This document shows positions 38,298-50,765 of a stretch of 64,000 nucleotides of DNA, piece by piece. The stretch is from contig JAPETS010000059.1 of NCBI GenBank assembly GCA_026023565.1, forward strand, positions 1-64,000, read 5' to 3'. Numbering within the stretch: the first letter of the stretch is position 1; every line of letters starts with the position of its first letter. The DNA is from Cirrosporium novae-zelandiae. Taxonomy: Eukaryota. The notes under the pieces were generated by a model. The model searched no databases, had not been told where the DNA came from, and worked only from the letters and a program-made list of their open reading frames with translations. Position numbers and translations under genes: made by a program.

Positions 38298-39365
38298 GTA
38301 ATTACCTAACCACCGAAGGAGGCCTGAAGTTGAAAAGGAGGAGGATGTGATGGTGATGACCCTCGAGATCATTAATGATATGGCGCAACGATGCATGAGC
38401 CCTAGGTGTGGAAGCTTATGTGTTTAAGAACCCTGAGCGATTAATATTTGACGATCAAACGAATAGAACGAGAAATATATAGCTTAATATTATTATTCTT
38501 ATATGGAATTTCTCAATCATTGCATCTACTTTCTGATGCTTCTCTAATGAGAGGTACTAACCTGCACCATACCCATAAACGCACATCTTTTCAGAACAGA
38601 ATACCTGTGAGTCTAATAAAAACAATGTAAAAGAGCAACTTCAGCATCACCATTGACCATTCCCTTTCACAACCAACATGATTCAAAAAACAAAACCCAG
38701 GGCTCTCGAACCAGTGGAGAGATGGACTCGCTAACCCCTGAAACTAATGCGTATGATGAGTGGCTGGCTGCAGGTGTATCTACCAGCCAACAAAAAGTCA
38801 AAAAAGCCCAAACCCAAAAAGCCCATTCCCATCCATCCTTGATTGCCAAGAACCCTCTTTGACATGTTCGGTTCGAGCCAATTAAAAACTCTCAAGAAGT
38901 TTTTTTTACGCTTTTCGCTAAGTTTATTTAGCGCTACATAGTTGTGGTTGATCCGTTAGCTACATATAGTAGGTAGGTAGGTACCTAGGTAGTCAGGTCA
39001 AGTGATGGTTTAAATTCTAACCTAATTAACTAACTACCTAGGTTATCTTCCGATGTACTATCCTTGTTAGAAGCGAGATTGCGACTTTGGGGCTTTGGGC
39101 ATTAATATTATTATTGAGAGACTATTTACTATGTAGATATAGTTGGTAGCTAGCTAGCTAAGCTAAGATATTTGAACGACTGGGGGGGGGGGGGGTTGTG
39201 AAGAAGAAGAGAAGTTAAATGTGTTCTAGTTCGAAAGGGAAATGAAACTTATTGGTTGGTTGGTGCACTAAGAATGAATGACGTCGGTAAATAAATAGTT
39301 TGGATTTTTGGATTTTTGGGTTTTGGATTTGGCTATGACAGGCGGGAACGAATGTATGTACTCGA

Positions 39366-39416
39366 GTATGTATGTATGTATGTATGTATGTATGTTATGT
39401 ATGTATGTATGTTATG
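39366..39416. repeat. (GTAT)n microsatellite, imperfect
   Basis: Tandem GTAT units with two GTTAT interruptions. Confidence 0.9.
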
Positions 39417-39724
39417 TACAGTACATGTGCATGGAGAACTAGGAACTAACTAGAGCAAAAAAAAAAAAGAAATATCTACATATATCCCTGCTGTTGTCCT
39501 TGGCAGGCAGTCAAGTTAAGTTAAAGAAAATGAAAAATATCCCGAGTAACTTAAAGAGAGAGACACACATGAGAATGTTAACGAAAGAAAGAAAGAAAGA
39601 AATATAGAAATGCCCAACCCGTGTTCCGTACTCCGACACCAGGTTCCGAACCCCATGTTCCTCTTCCTCTTCCGTACTCCGAACACCCCAAAACCAAAAC
39701 CAAAACCAAAAAAAAACCTCAATC

Positions 39725-40738
39725 CTAGAACCCGTAACCCCCATAACCCTGATGATAAGCCCTGTAATCCCTATAGCCACCACCATAGCCACCATAACCC
39801 CCGTCGTACCCTCCTCCTCCTCCTCCTTGATATCCTCTATATTCTCCATGTAGTGCCCCCCCATAATAGCCTCCATACCCTCCTCCTCCTCCACCATATG
39901 AGACAACTGGATAAGACGCATACGTAAAAAATGAAGCGGCATATCCACCAGGCCAGTAACTGCTACTGCTACTGTTTGCCATGCCTCTATAGCGGTGTCC
40001 CGCATTTCTGGAGAGATCTACTACTTCTCTGTGCCTATTAGGCCGACAGGAGGAGGAGGAGGAGGCACCATACCCATAGGTATACGAGCCACCAGATCCC
40101 CCGCCATGTCCGTGTCTTTGGACGTGGCGTCTCGGCCTTCGTCGGTGTACTCTTCGTTCGGGCGCACATCCATACCCATACACATTCTCATAGCTGCGGG
40201 TATTATGTCCACTCCGGTGCCGTCTCCCGCTCCGGGAATAAGTATGGGATCCCCAGGCACTGTCACCATATCCATACGCATCGTTAGCGTAAGAAGAAGA
40301 AGAAGGGCTCCCGTATTCGTCGGCGTATTCATGGGGGGTAAAGGTTTGTTCTGCGTAGTCCCGGCGGTGATGGCGACGGTGATGTTGGTGATGTTGATGA
40401 TGCCGGCGCCGGCGCCGGGAAGGCTCACGGAGATCAATTGTTATGTCGTCGTCGCTCTCGTTGCCATCATCGGCTTGGGGATGCCGGGTATATGGTATAA
40501 GGGCGCCGTAGTTGGGATCCTGACTGGCGCCGGCGCCGGCGCTGTCGTCTTCCTTTTCTAGGACTTCTACAGGGACAGAGGCAGGTTCGTCTCGCCTGCT
40601 TGGCCTGCTGAAGAGTCGCTCGCGACGTGCCCAGATTTCGTCGCCTAACATGCCTCCTCGCATGCTTCTCATAATGTCGGCTTCCCAGTCTGGCATACCA
40701 GCGTAGTCGTCTTCGTTTTCTCCACGGTGGTGAGGCAT
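39725..40738 (-). CDS. Low-complexity His/Arg-rich and Gly/Tyr-rich hypothetical protein
   Basis: GC-rich open frame from MPHHRGENEDD (ATG 40738), 337 aa; RRRRRHHQHHQHHRRHHRR and a GYGG-repeat C-terminus. Confidence 0.7.
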   Translation of the reverse strand: MPHHRGENEDDYAGMPDWEADIMRSMRGGMLGDEIWARRERLFSRPSRRDEPASVPVEVLEKEDDSAGAGASQDPNYGALIPYTRHPQADDGNESDDDITIDLREPSRRRRRHHQHHQHHRRHHRRDYAEQTFTPHEYADEYGSPSSSSYANDAYGYGDSAWGSHTYSRSGRRHRSGHNTRSYENVYGYGCAPERRVHRRRPRRHVQRHGHGGGSGGSYTYGYGASSSSSCRPNRHREVVDLSRNAGHRYRGMANSSSSSYWPGGYAASFFTYASYPVVSYGGGGGGYGGYYGGALHGEYRGYQGGGGGGYDGGYGGYGGGYRDYRAYHQGYGGYGF

Positions 40739-42077
40739 GGAGGTATAATGTTGGAAGAAATCAAGAGTAGATGGCGGGATGTAGGTTATAAAGACGTGGC
40801 TTTGTGAGATGTTTGGACCAAGGGAATCGTTGGTAATCAAAAGGATTTGGATATCGTAGTAGCCGGTATGGGTCTCTTTGCTTTCGAAGCTAAGAAGACA
40901 AGATGCGGATGTAGATGTGGATATACAGACGGTGGAATAATGGTCTTTTATAATAAAATAAATGGCGCACAAAAGAGATGTCGCATGCCTCTCAGGAAAC
41001 GGAACAGATCATGTGTCCATGTCGAAAATTGGATATTCAAGGTGAAGTAGCTGGTGGAGGGAATATGATTAGCGGCATCATTGAATTAGGGACGACTGTC
41101 CTTGATGTAGTGATGTTGCCATTGAAGGGAATGAGCCTGGCCAATGGGCCATGGCTCTAGAGCTAGTGAGTTTGGGCATTGTGGTTAGAATATCGGCATG
41201 AGGCTCGTTGTATATTCAATATATAAGTTGGATATCAGAAAGGAGATGGTGTTAGAAGAATGAAGATACCAGGGGTTAAGGAGGTGACCACTGTCTTATA
41301 TAATGCTGTGTATATTCACATCTCGGAAGGTAAATCCGGCATATTGTAAATTATGTTCACAGTTAGGAGACATTCGTGGGCTAATTTCCTTCGTCAATGT
41401 TAGAGATCTTCAAGCATAGGTCACAGTGTTGTGAGTTAGAAGGATTGACAAACAACCAAATAACTCGGTCATATCAAAGTTTAGATGGGTCTGAAATCAC
41501 TAGCTAATCAATTCGACCACGTCATCACCCCTCAAATCAAAGTGTTCGAATTGGTGAAATGGATGAGCTGGCGAAATGGGTCAGTAGCATTAGAAGGGTA
41601 GTACCGCTTCGTGGCCCAAGTATTGTTATTCGGATAAAAAATGAACGGGGCAAACAAAACAGACACCAGGTACCACCTTTATACGATCCTATGGTTTCAA
41701 TCAAAAGAATTTTGTCAATTGAGCCATAGGTAGCCTCATTGAAATTGAAGACTATCTATACACAAAATCCACAGCAGTCGCTCAACAATGCCCTGACCTA
41801 TTCAAACACATTTCATGTCATAATCTTTTTCAGTATGCGCCGTTCATATCCATTCCCGTATCATCATATACAGCAGCACCATTTGGCTGGTCGAAATAAT
41901 AAGGGTCAGCAAAACCAGCTCCACACTTTTGTAATCATCACTTGACCGATTGACCATACTCATCTGTAACCTCAGACACCCCTCCTAGACGCCCGAAGAG
42001 ATCCGACTGGTGAAATTTCCCATCTTGCAACTGACTATCCATGCAGCAAAAGGGTATTCTGGCATTCAAGGGGCAGT

Positions 42078-44681
42078 CTAGCTGTTTCTGACCGCTCTCG
42101 CCATCCTTAAATCCTTCCCTCTATCCAATATATTCGGACTATTTCTATCGGACTCGGCTTTTTTATCCATCTCTCTCCTCAACCGCATATAAGCCAATTT
42201 CTGGTATCTCCCCAATTGGGCCCAAAAGTGTCGTCCCGCTTCATGCACCATGATCCTATCTAATAACTCCATCGTTGCCTTCCGGACCTCTTCATAGGGA
42301 TGGAAGAGCCCTAGGGAGATATAGAACAGACCAGCATGGGTCTCAGGAGTTATGCAGAGAAGCTGATTGATTTGTTCGGATGTCCGTACGCAGGCATTGA
42401 AAGCGAGATAGATTGCAGCGGAGTCAACATGAGAAAGTTTGAGGGCCCGAAGCCGATCATGGTGATGAGCTAAATCAACATTTTTTATTGGGCGGCGGGT
42501 ATAAAGCTGAGCGAGATCCTGTTTGAATGCGTGATAACTTCGAGTATTCCTCCACCCTTCTATACGGGTAACGTTTCCACCAAGTTCACGCAAACGAGCT
42601 CCTTCGTCAGGCCAGACGTATCCATGGCCCCGAACCCCGGTGCCGCCAGCATCAGCGTCCGCTTCTTCACCACCGATATACAAAGCGGATGCGCCATAAA
42701 CAGATTCTTCGAAAGCAGCAGCGATTCTTGTAAATTTGGTGATGTAGTCACGCCATTTCGAGCGGATGGCAGCCTCTCCGTGACGGTTCGCAATACTTCG
42801 AAGAATGTCATCCATAAATGCAGAGTCGTTTGTGGCATCATTATTGTTGCCACCAGGAGTGTTCGGTCCAGTATATCCGGGATTTTGTTGTTGAAAAGAG
42901 AGTAGACCCTCAGTTATGGGTGCAGGAGCGATACGGTTTGAGATTTTCATGCGTCCACTTGGGATATCACAAAGGAGATCCCACCATTCCGCCTGGTATT
43001 GGAACTGAGGATTCGTAACTCCGGCTACGAACCCAGGGACTTTAAGGAGCTCATCAATTTTGGTGAGATCGGTGTATGGGAACGCATAGCGAGTGAAACC
43101 TCGAAGAATACCACCCGAAGCAATTGCGCAGGCAGCAAGAACGGCATCCGCAACTTCACCGGAAGGACAATTGTGTCCTAGGAATATGACACGTTTCTCG
43201 GTTAGAAGCGCATTGACAAGCACAATGATTGGGTGGGTGAAAGCGCCATTGGTTGTGAGATGGGGATGGAGCATGAACGGTTGAGGATTAGCGGTATGAG
43301 GGGCGGAGAACGTTTGTATGAGTTTGATAAGAGAAAAATCGCCAACGGTCTCAGAGGAAGTAGCTGTTGGGACCTTGACAGGAATGGGAATGTCATGGTA
43401 CATCACTTTTGACTCGAATTCATGAGTATCTCGTGGAAGTGAATATTTTGAGGTAGCATGACGATAGTTTACAGCGGATTTAACGTTCTCTCCTGGATCG
43501 GAACCTTCATCCGTATCGACATTGTCTATTAGCTCACGTTGTTTGACTATCCGTTCAAACTTCTCAATAAACATGTCTTTTGTGTCACTACTTTGAAGGA
43601 TGATGTTTTCAAGAAGAGAAAGCCGCGGCATTAAGGAGAGATCCATAGAGTTTACAGCGTTGAATAGATATTCCAAGGTTGCTTCCGTAGGAGTTTTGAA
43701 ATAGTCTTCAAGAGCCAGTAGTAAAATTGGCTAGGGAACTTATTAATAGGCGTCTTTAAAAGGGAAAAATATCAAGGGTTACCTACCTTGTAAATATGTA
43801 GGAAAGAGTGCCGTGTACAGATGGCCATTGCTCGAACGACAGCTCCTCTATGATCTGGTCAAAACAGCCCGCTCAAAAAAGTTCATAATGCGTTACCTTT
43901 TCACAGTATGGTCCTGCTTCGTGTACACCAAATTCAAGACATATATCAAAGGCGGTGCTTCAATGACGTCTTCGTCATCCTCTTCTGATTCCGACATATC
44001 CTCTTCGCCGGTGATTTCACCATCCTCGTCCTCGCCAGTATCCATTAGACCAGTTATAGCTGCTGTCCCATCATCAGATGTGTCCAACCCATTTGGCTCC
44101 TTTTTCTTTGCTTTCCGCCTTTTTTTCTTTGATTTAGGATTCCCTTCATCATCGTCCACGGTTGTATCTTTATGTAAAAAAAACATTGTCCAATCTTGAT
44201 TTCGTAGATGAGCTTGATCTGGAAGCATAAGCTCTGCAAGCATATGTTCATCTCCACTAATTGGTCCAGGATATTGATGTTCCATAATCGAGCCCCGATC
44301 AATATCAAAGGTAGCTACTAGGATGTATTCCACATGAAGCTCGGAGGAGTCTATTGGATATTGTGATTTGGGCCTTTTCGTTTTCATTTTCGGCGCATCC
44401 ATCTGTTCAACCTGCTCAACCTGAGCTATCTCCTCACTCGTCTCCTCACTCGTCGCTTGTAGTGAGGGTTGGCGCATACTACTTTGTGACCGACGTGATT
44501 GCTGTGATTGCAGAGACCGTTGGGAGTTAGCAGTGAGACGATGATTCTCAAGAGAGATTTCGGAGGTTGGACGAGAGGAAGTTGGGTGGGAGGAAAAGGA
44601 GGATCGACGGTCATTGCTCGAGTCCACGAGGCCATTTGTAGAACCCTCCGCGCTCGGCGGTTGTGAAAGGACCTCAGCCAT
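42078..44681 (-). CDS. AFI1: Arf3-interacting protein Afi1 / MesA polarity protein (DENN-like), multi-exon
   Basis: [95 protein letters not shown]. Confidence 0.9.
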
Positions 44682-45466
44682 GGTTTGTTTGATCGACGAC
44701 GATCAAAAAAAATGATGGCGTGAGGGTTGTGTGGTTGTTTCGAAGTGTCCAGGATCAGATGTTAGACGTCCAACGGTGTGACGGTGTAACTTTGTGAGAT
44801 CCAAAACGTTGATCATTGAGATATGACACCATGTATAAACACCAATCAAATTGCCCCTCTTCCAATAATTATACCCAAGGAATAATCATCACAGCAATTC
44901 GTCCACAACGAACAATTTTTATATTGATCAAGATTAATCAGACAGAAGGCGAAGAGAGAAAAGCTCAGTTGATGATGATGGGAGTGGTGGTGGTAGAAAT
45001 GATGATGCTGCAAGCTGTACCCCTGGGTGCCTGGGTGCTTGGGAAGCATGGATGGAGGTTTCTTCAGGGTCGTTTGGTAGCTATTGTTTTCCTGGCCAAT
45101 GTGGAACTGCCAAATCCTTTCCAAGATGGATGGTGGATGCCGATCCCCCACCCCACAGCCCCTAAACTCTTAACGGAAAGGTGTTGCTGTGGCCTCTAGT
45201 CTTGGCTTTGTTTACTCCCGTCCGGCGGTATTTCATAAAGTCGAACACCAAATCAATTCATCCTTAAGTCATAGTCTAAGCCCAGGAGTCTATTTGACAT
45301 AGCTCGATCGCGTCAATTCATCGCATTGCTCAAGAATTCTTGCATGTTATATTTTTGAAAAATCTACTACAAATGGCCACAAAAGAACGATCGATGTCGA
45401 CTACATCAATCAATCTGGTATGCGACAGCTCTTATTTGGGACGAGTAAATAATCTAACATATCACC

Positions 45467-46380
45467 ATGCAGCCCAATACCGCTCCATATAAACCCTCGC
45501 CTCTTTCCTTTGGATCTCCGCGCTCTCCTCGAGCTTCTCCATTTCGTCGTCCAGAATCACCTGCCTCGCCATCAACCACAATCAAACCAACGACGCCATC
45601 CAGTTCGCCGCTAAAACCTCATGGTAGCCCATCACCTACCAAGCTTCATAATCCCATAATCGTTGCACCTCCTCCTCAATGGACTTCAAGAGGTTTTAGT
45701 CCCGTCGTTTCACCACGGGATATTTCGCCGTCGCCCGCCCCGCGAAAAGGTCCTTTATTTAGTACAAATGATATGATGGGACCAAGTGATTCAATATCCA
45801 AGTTGCCCCCTGTTCAATTGAGGGAGATGAGAGAGGCATTCCAAGTCCTTGATCGTGATAGTGATGGCCAGATTACTAGAGAAGATGTAGCGGATGCGCT
45901 CACGAATCTAGGTATGGATATGGACCATTCAGTTTTGAAAACGGCTATTTGTCGAGCTCACAGCTAATTCCTTGTTTAGGGCAAGATTCGTCCTCATCTG
46001 CAACCTCTCGCTTTTTCCCACCAGGAAAACCTCAAACAATAAATTTATCCACTTTCCTCACCACCCTTTCCAACCTCCTTGAACCTCTCTCCTCCCAAAC
46101 CGAGCTTCTCAACGCCTTCGCCGCCTTTGATCCTGATGATAGTGGGCAAATTGACCTGAATGAATTACGAAATTCGCTTATCCACACTGCTCCTGAACCG
46201 GGAGAAGTTCCTTTGACCGATCGAGAGATTCATCAAGTTATGAATGGCTTCACTGGGAGACGAGCATTTGCAAAAGGTGTAGGGAAACGCGGAGATGTTT
46301 TCAGGTACCAAGACTTTGTAGGGTCAGTCACTGGTGGCAATTCATCTCTGGGGAACGGGGACGGGGAGGATGAGAAGTAA
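45467..46380 (+). CDS. EF-hand protein, myosin regulatory light chain-like, with Ser/Pro-rich N-terminal extension
   Basis: EMREAFQVLDRDSDGQI and ELLNAFAAFDPDDSGQI EF-hands, FRYQDFV; one intron near 45912-45979. Confidence 0.85.
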
Positions 46381-46949
46381 TAATAATAGGAAACAAAGCG
46401 GGCTTTTGCTTTTGGTGATATGTACGTTGCTATCAATCTTTGGAGCTGGAGGCCAATGGATCGGGATAAAGATTATAGGAGGTTAAGGTATTTTAAAAAT
46501 GATTATTCCCAAGAATATCAGCGGTGCCAATATATGGTATATTTGCAAATCCATTATCAATTTTGCCAAGTATAATTAATACTAATATCAAATTCCAAAA
46601 GAGGAAAATAGTGTAATCTTTCAAATTGAATGAAAAGTAAGCATGAGTATCGATATATTAATTAATTAACCAATCTAAATCATAACCCTAACTGTGGTTG
46701 AAGGTCTTATACTAGTAGGTAGGGCTTCTTTTGACCCTTGCCATGCCCATACTCAAGTAACCTTTATTTTGACCCCACCACCCGGTACAGTACATCAAAC
46801 AAACAAACCAAACAAACCAAACAAACCAAACAAACTAAACAAGTCAGATAAGCTTGCTTGCTTACCTCTTATCGCCAATAATTAAATATTACCTAGGTAT
46901 CAATTTAGGGTTGTCAACTACATCAACTCCTCTCCTCCCATCCCCCATT

Positions 46950-47803
46950 ATGTCTCCGCTCGCGCGTCCCCCAATCCTCACGCCGGCGCTCCTCCACGCC
47001 ATCCGCACAAACCCCTCTCTCCCCCAGCATACCTGGTACTTCATCGCATCCGTGACCCTCTCAGCCCTGAACCTCCCCCACGAACTTCCCTCGATCCTTT
47101 CGCACGCATTAGCCCACGGAGCCGGCGCCTCTGATGGCACCAAACCTTCCCTAGAAGAGCAGCATGCGATTGCCCGAAGAATGAGAGAGGCGCTTGTGAA
47201 GAGCGCGGCGGTGACTGGGCTTCCTAAGGCAATCAATGCGCTCCTGGCGTTAAAATCGGCCACGCCTCAGCATTTGCTGGATCTTCCTCCGAAGCATTTT
47301 GCGCTGAGGAAGAAAGATGTGTTTGAGACGCCGTCTGGAAGAGTGCTTGAGCGGGGTCAGAGGTTCTTTGATAGTGTATATGGTAAGATTAGTGGGAGGG
47401 TGATGGGGCAGATGGAGAGGAGTGGGACTGAGGATTTGGGGATTGTGGGAAGGCTCATGTATGCCTACATATTGAGTCAGGAGGGTGTGCTGGGGAAAGT
47501 GGAGACGAGTTATTGTTTGGTCGCTGGATTGATACCGCAGGATGTATGTGACCACCCATCCTTGGGCATGGGAAGATGGATGGATTTATCATTTTTGAGA
47601 GACTTGCTGATTCTTGACTTCATTAGGTTAACCCGCAATTAAAAGGCCATCTAAAAGGCGCCGTAAATAACGGAGCGACGGCTGAAGAAGTTGGTGCTGT
47701 CCGAGATATTGTAATTAAGATTTGCGAGGCCAGTGGGATGAAGAGATTAAGCGCAGATGAGCCTATAGGATGGGGCTGGAGAGAAGAGGTTGCAAAACTG
47801 TGA
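46950..47803 (+). CDS. AhpD/carboxymuconolactone decarboxylase-like protein (Pxp2-like)
   Basis: RMREALVKSAAVTGLPKAINAL, RGQRFFDSVYG, LIPQD-VNPQLKGHLKGAVNNGA across intron 47544-47627. Confidence 0.8.
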
Positions 47804-47964
47804 GAAGAACCAACGGTTTGTACATGGGTTTGTATGAAAATATATTCAGAGTTATATCACCTTCTGGAGTTAGGATGTGACCGGAAATCAGGCATGACGA
47901 GATTTGACTGCATATGAGAATAGACTTGAATGTTCATTAGTTTAGAATTAGAATTCTATTATAA

Positions 47965-49117
47965 TTAACTTTCTGATCCTTCATCAAACGATGGTATTCC
48001 CACCGTTCTAAGAATGCCATCCAGCTTCTCCTGGTGGCTGTTTAGCTCTTCCCATTGTGCTTCGGTCTTTACCATCAAGGTTCCTCCTAACATGGTCCCA
48101 TTAAGCGCCACTGGGTCCAACTCAATATTATCCTCACTATTTCCAGACTTCGATAATGGTGAATCTTCGGCGCGTCGTGCGCATAGTGCCATGCAGGTGG
48201 TCGTCATTGATAAATTATAGCTGAGTGTAGATGGACCTGTGCCCGTGGTGTCTGTTGCTAGAGATGGACCTTTCTGAGAGTCAAAGGCCCTAACAGCAAC
48301 GCGATATAGTGCGAGATAACGGTTGTGGAGGTCAGACGGCGAAGGAGACTTTGGGATAGAAATAGCGAGATGGCTGAAAGGCAGAGAAGGATTACTAAGG
48401 TATGTATAACCAGAATCTAAGACAGTATTAGCAAAAGTATTTCGGTTACGACGCAATTGGATTGACTATATTCCTCCTGGAACATCCCAAAAGGTATAAT
48501 TAAATAAAACATAAAGCACCTTTGTCAGTCCATGACTTAGTCAGTAAATCCATCAAAAGTGTCCATCCCTCGCACTGCATTTGCTCGAGCGGTAGGAATT
48601 GAAGATGCCGATGTGGTTGACTGGCCCCGCTATGCTCGCCCGAATTAAAGAATGCAAATAATCTTTTATTCGACGGCTGGCTGTCAGCAGCTGTCTGCTC
48701 TTCCCAAGCTTTCAAACATGCGTATGATATTGCCAAGTCGTCCTCCTCCAGAAAATCGGTTTGCTGCTTGAAAGCCTTGGTTGCAAGAATGAAATGCTGA
48801 GGTATGACAGGGAACTTATTCAGAACGAGAAAATGCGTTGGGTTCAATTTGGGAACTTCAGTAATCAGGAGATCAGAAGATGGATCCTCAAAAGGATCGG
48901 GCTTCTTGATGGGCTTCTTCTCGGAATCATTGTAGTCCCTGTTGGGTTGGGGCTTTTTTGAGAGAGCTGGACAGTAACGAAGTTGAAATGGTATTCCGTT
49001 CGAGGTGCGTATTACTGAGAGTTCAGTAGACGAGAATAGTAAGGAATTAGAAGAGAGGGCAGAAGAGTATTTCTTGGAAACGAGTAAGGGAAGCGGAGAA
49101 GATAGTTCGAGTCGCAT
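47965..49117 (-). CDS. APA2: Ap4A phosphorylase / ATP adenylyltransferase (2 exons)
   Basis: FQLRYCPALSKKP, LVLNKFPV, FFNSGEHSGASQPHRHLQF (HxHxQ), SYNLSMT, LNGTMLGGTLMVK. Confidence 0.92.
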
Positions 49118-49489
49118 TGTGATGATTGTCTGTCGTAGTTATTTGGTGGAATCCGTACCGAGTCCGAGACTCGAAAGGTCCATGACGTCGGTGCCGTCAA
49201 GATCGGCAACTTTATTCCGACGTCGGTAACCTTGAGGCCTCCTGAACAGAAAGCACCCCATCAGTCTTATTATTCAATCGCTGGCGGGCTTGATATTGCA
49301 CTGCTTTCTTAAACGGTAAAGCTCATTTTTTCAATAATCGCGGTACGTCTTTTGTACCTCTTTCTTTCTCTCTGTTCTTTCTTCGATTAGAACTCTGTCC
49401 CGTTCTACGGATTCTCTCCACTTATACTGGGAGTTTGGCAAGTCTGGATCCCCGGGGAGTTCTAGGATAGCCAGATCTCGCATTGTATC

Positions 49490-49826
49490 CAGAAGAGAAT
49501 CAATGTTGCCACCAACCGCTTAGATTTTGCGCTGTATTCTGTTTTTCTTTTAGTGCCGAGATATGTTATTTGCTGTGGCTTTCTTGCCTTTTGCCATGTG
49601 TAGCCTAAGCTTGATCAACTATTGAGTAGGTTAGTTGGCAAGTGACTATTCAGGAGAGAATCAATGTTATCACCACCCGCTTGGATTTTGTGCCGTATTT
49701 TGTTTTTCTTTTTTCTTTTCGTACTGAGATATGCTATTCGATGTGGGTTTCCTGCCTATTCAGAACTTTTGCCATATGTAGCCCAAGCTTGATCAACTAT
49801 TGGGTATGTCAGTTGACAAGTCACTA
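49490..49826. repeat. Diverged tandem duplication, two copies of about 160-175 bp
   Basis: 49490-49648 and 49651-49826 share GAGAATCAATGTT, GAGATATG, TTTTGCCAT and AAGCTTGATCAACTATTG in the same order, with indels. Confidence 0.9.
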
Positions 49827-50656
49827 CTCATATTGTCAACAACTATACTCACAGTAGAAAATTTATCCATTGCCATCTCCCTTGAATGTCCAATCGGCGG
49901 ACTTGAATACTGTTTAATAGGAGGGGAGTCATGCCTCAGAACGGCGATAAATCGGGCGTCTTGTGGGTGGACATTCTAATGCAGACATTGTGGTGCTCAG
50001 GAAGATTTCTTAAATAATTTGCTGCTTATCACCTTAACATTGCGTGTTGTGTCGTGGTTGTGTTGAGCCTTGTTAATACCTCCCATGGTTTTGCCAGGCA
50101 GTAGGCTGTTTTGATATGGAGGTGCTTCATTCACGATTTGGCCCCTCTATGGCTAATCAACTCGAAATACGTGTGAGTGAGTCTCAGGGCAATACGATAC
50201 ATGATAAACTTGCGAGGTCCTCTCCTAATTCCTCCATACGACGCATGCTACATCGTGGACAGAGTGGATTGTAAGCCAAATTGGTTAGTTGGTGTAGGAA
50301 TTAAAGGGACCATGTTGCTCGTCCTTGAAAGTAAGCTTGAGTTCACTTTGAAGTTTTACCGAAGGAATCTTAATATTCTAACCAACTTTTTACAGTCGTC
50401 AGTCAGTCAAGCGCGTGTTATGGATAAAGTAGCCCGAAGGAGGTGAGATAAGACCAGGAAGAAAGATAGCAATAGTTCCGACATAATAAAGGATTAAATG
50501 GTGATGATGGAATAATAGCCATGGGTGATTGATTAGAAGACAAATTTTTGATGGCAACCGGGACTGAGCTGTGTGCGCGAAGGTAAGTAAGTAGTGGTGT
50601 TTGAGACCACCTTTATTAATTAAATTACAGTGCTTCTTACTGCCTGCACTTGCAGG

Positions 50657-50765
50657 GCACTTTAGCTTAATGGTTAGAGCAGCGTGCGGTTGGATCCTTT
50701 GATGGCTTGCCTCGGGGTCCTTTCAGCCGTATTGAAGACGTCGCGTTCAATTCATGGCAGGTGCG
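50657..50765 (+). other. tRNA-like element (pseudo-tRNA or Pol III A/B-box relic)
   Basis: A-box-like TAGCTTAATGG, D-arm GCTT/GAGC, TGCGG/CCGTA stem, B-box-like GTTCAATTC, GCACTT/AGGTGC terminal stem, T-run near 50783; arm geometry is not canonical. Confidence 0.35.

Noticed and set aside
38738..38760. GAAAC..ATGATGAG as a hammerhead ribozyme core
   Set aside because: The core should be CTGATGA, and there is no room for stem I
39511..40561. Several overlapping ORFs on both strands
   Set aside because: Shadow frames of GC-rich low-complexity coding sequence
46683..46912. Internal telomere-like motifs TAACCCTAAC (46683) and TTAGGGTT (46905) as a telomerase RNA template
   Set aside because: The spacer is only about 570 bp, too short for a filamentous-fungal telomerase RNA, and no pseudoknot or CR4/5 is evident; at most these are telobox sites
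50501..50567. GTGATGA...CTGA as a C/D-box snoRNA
   Set aside because: No terminal stem, and no antisense rRNA guide that I could identify
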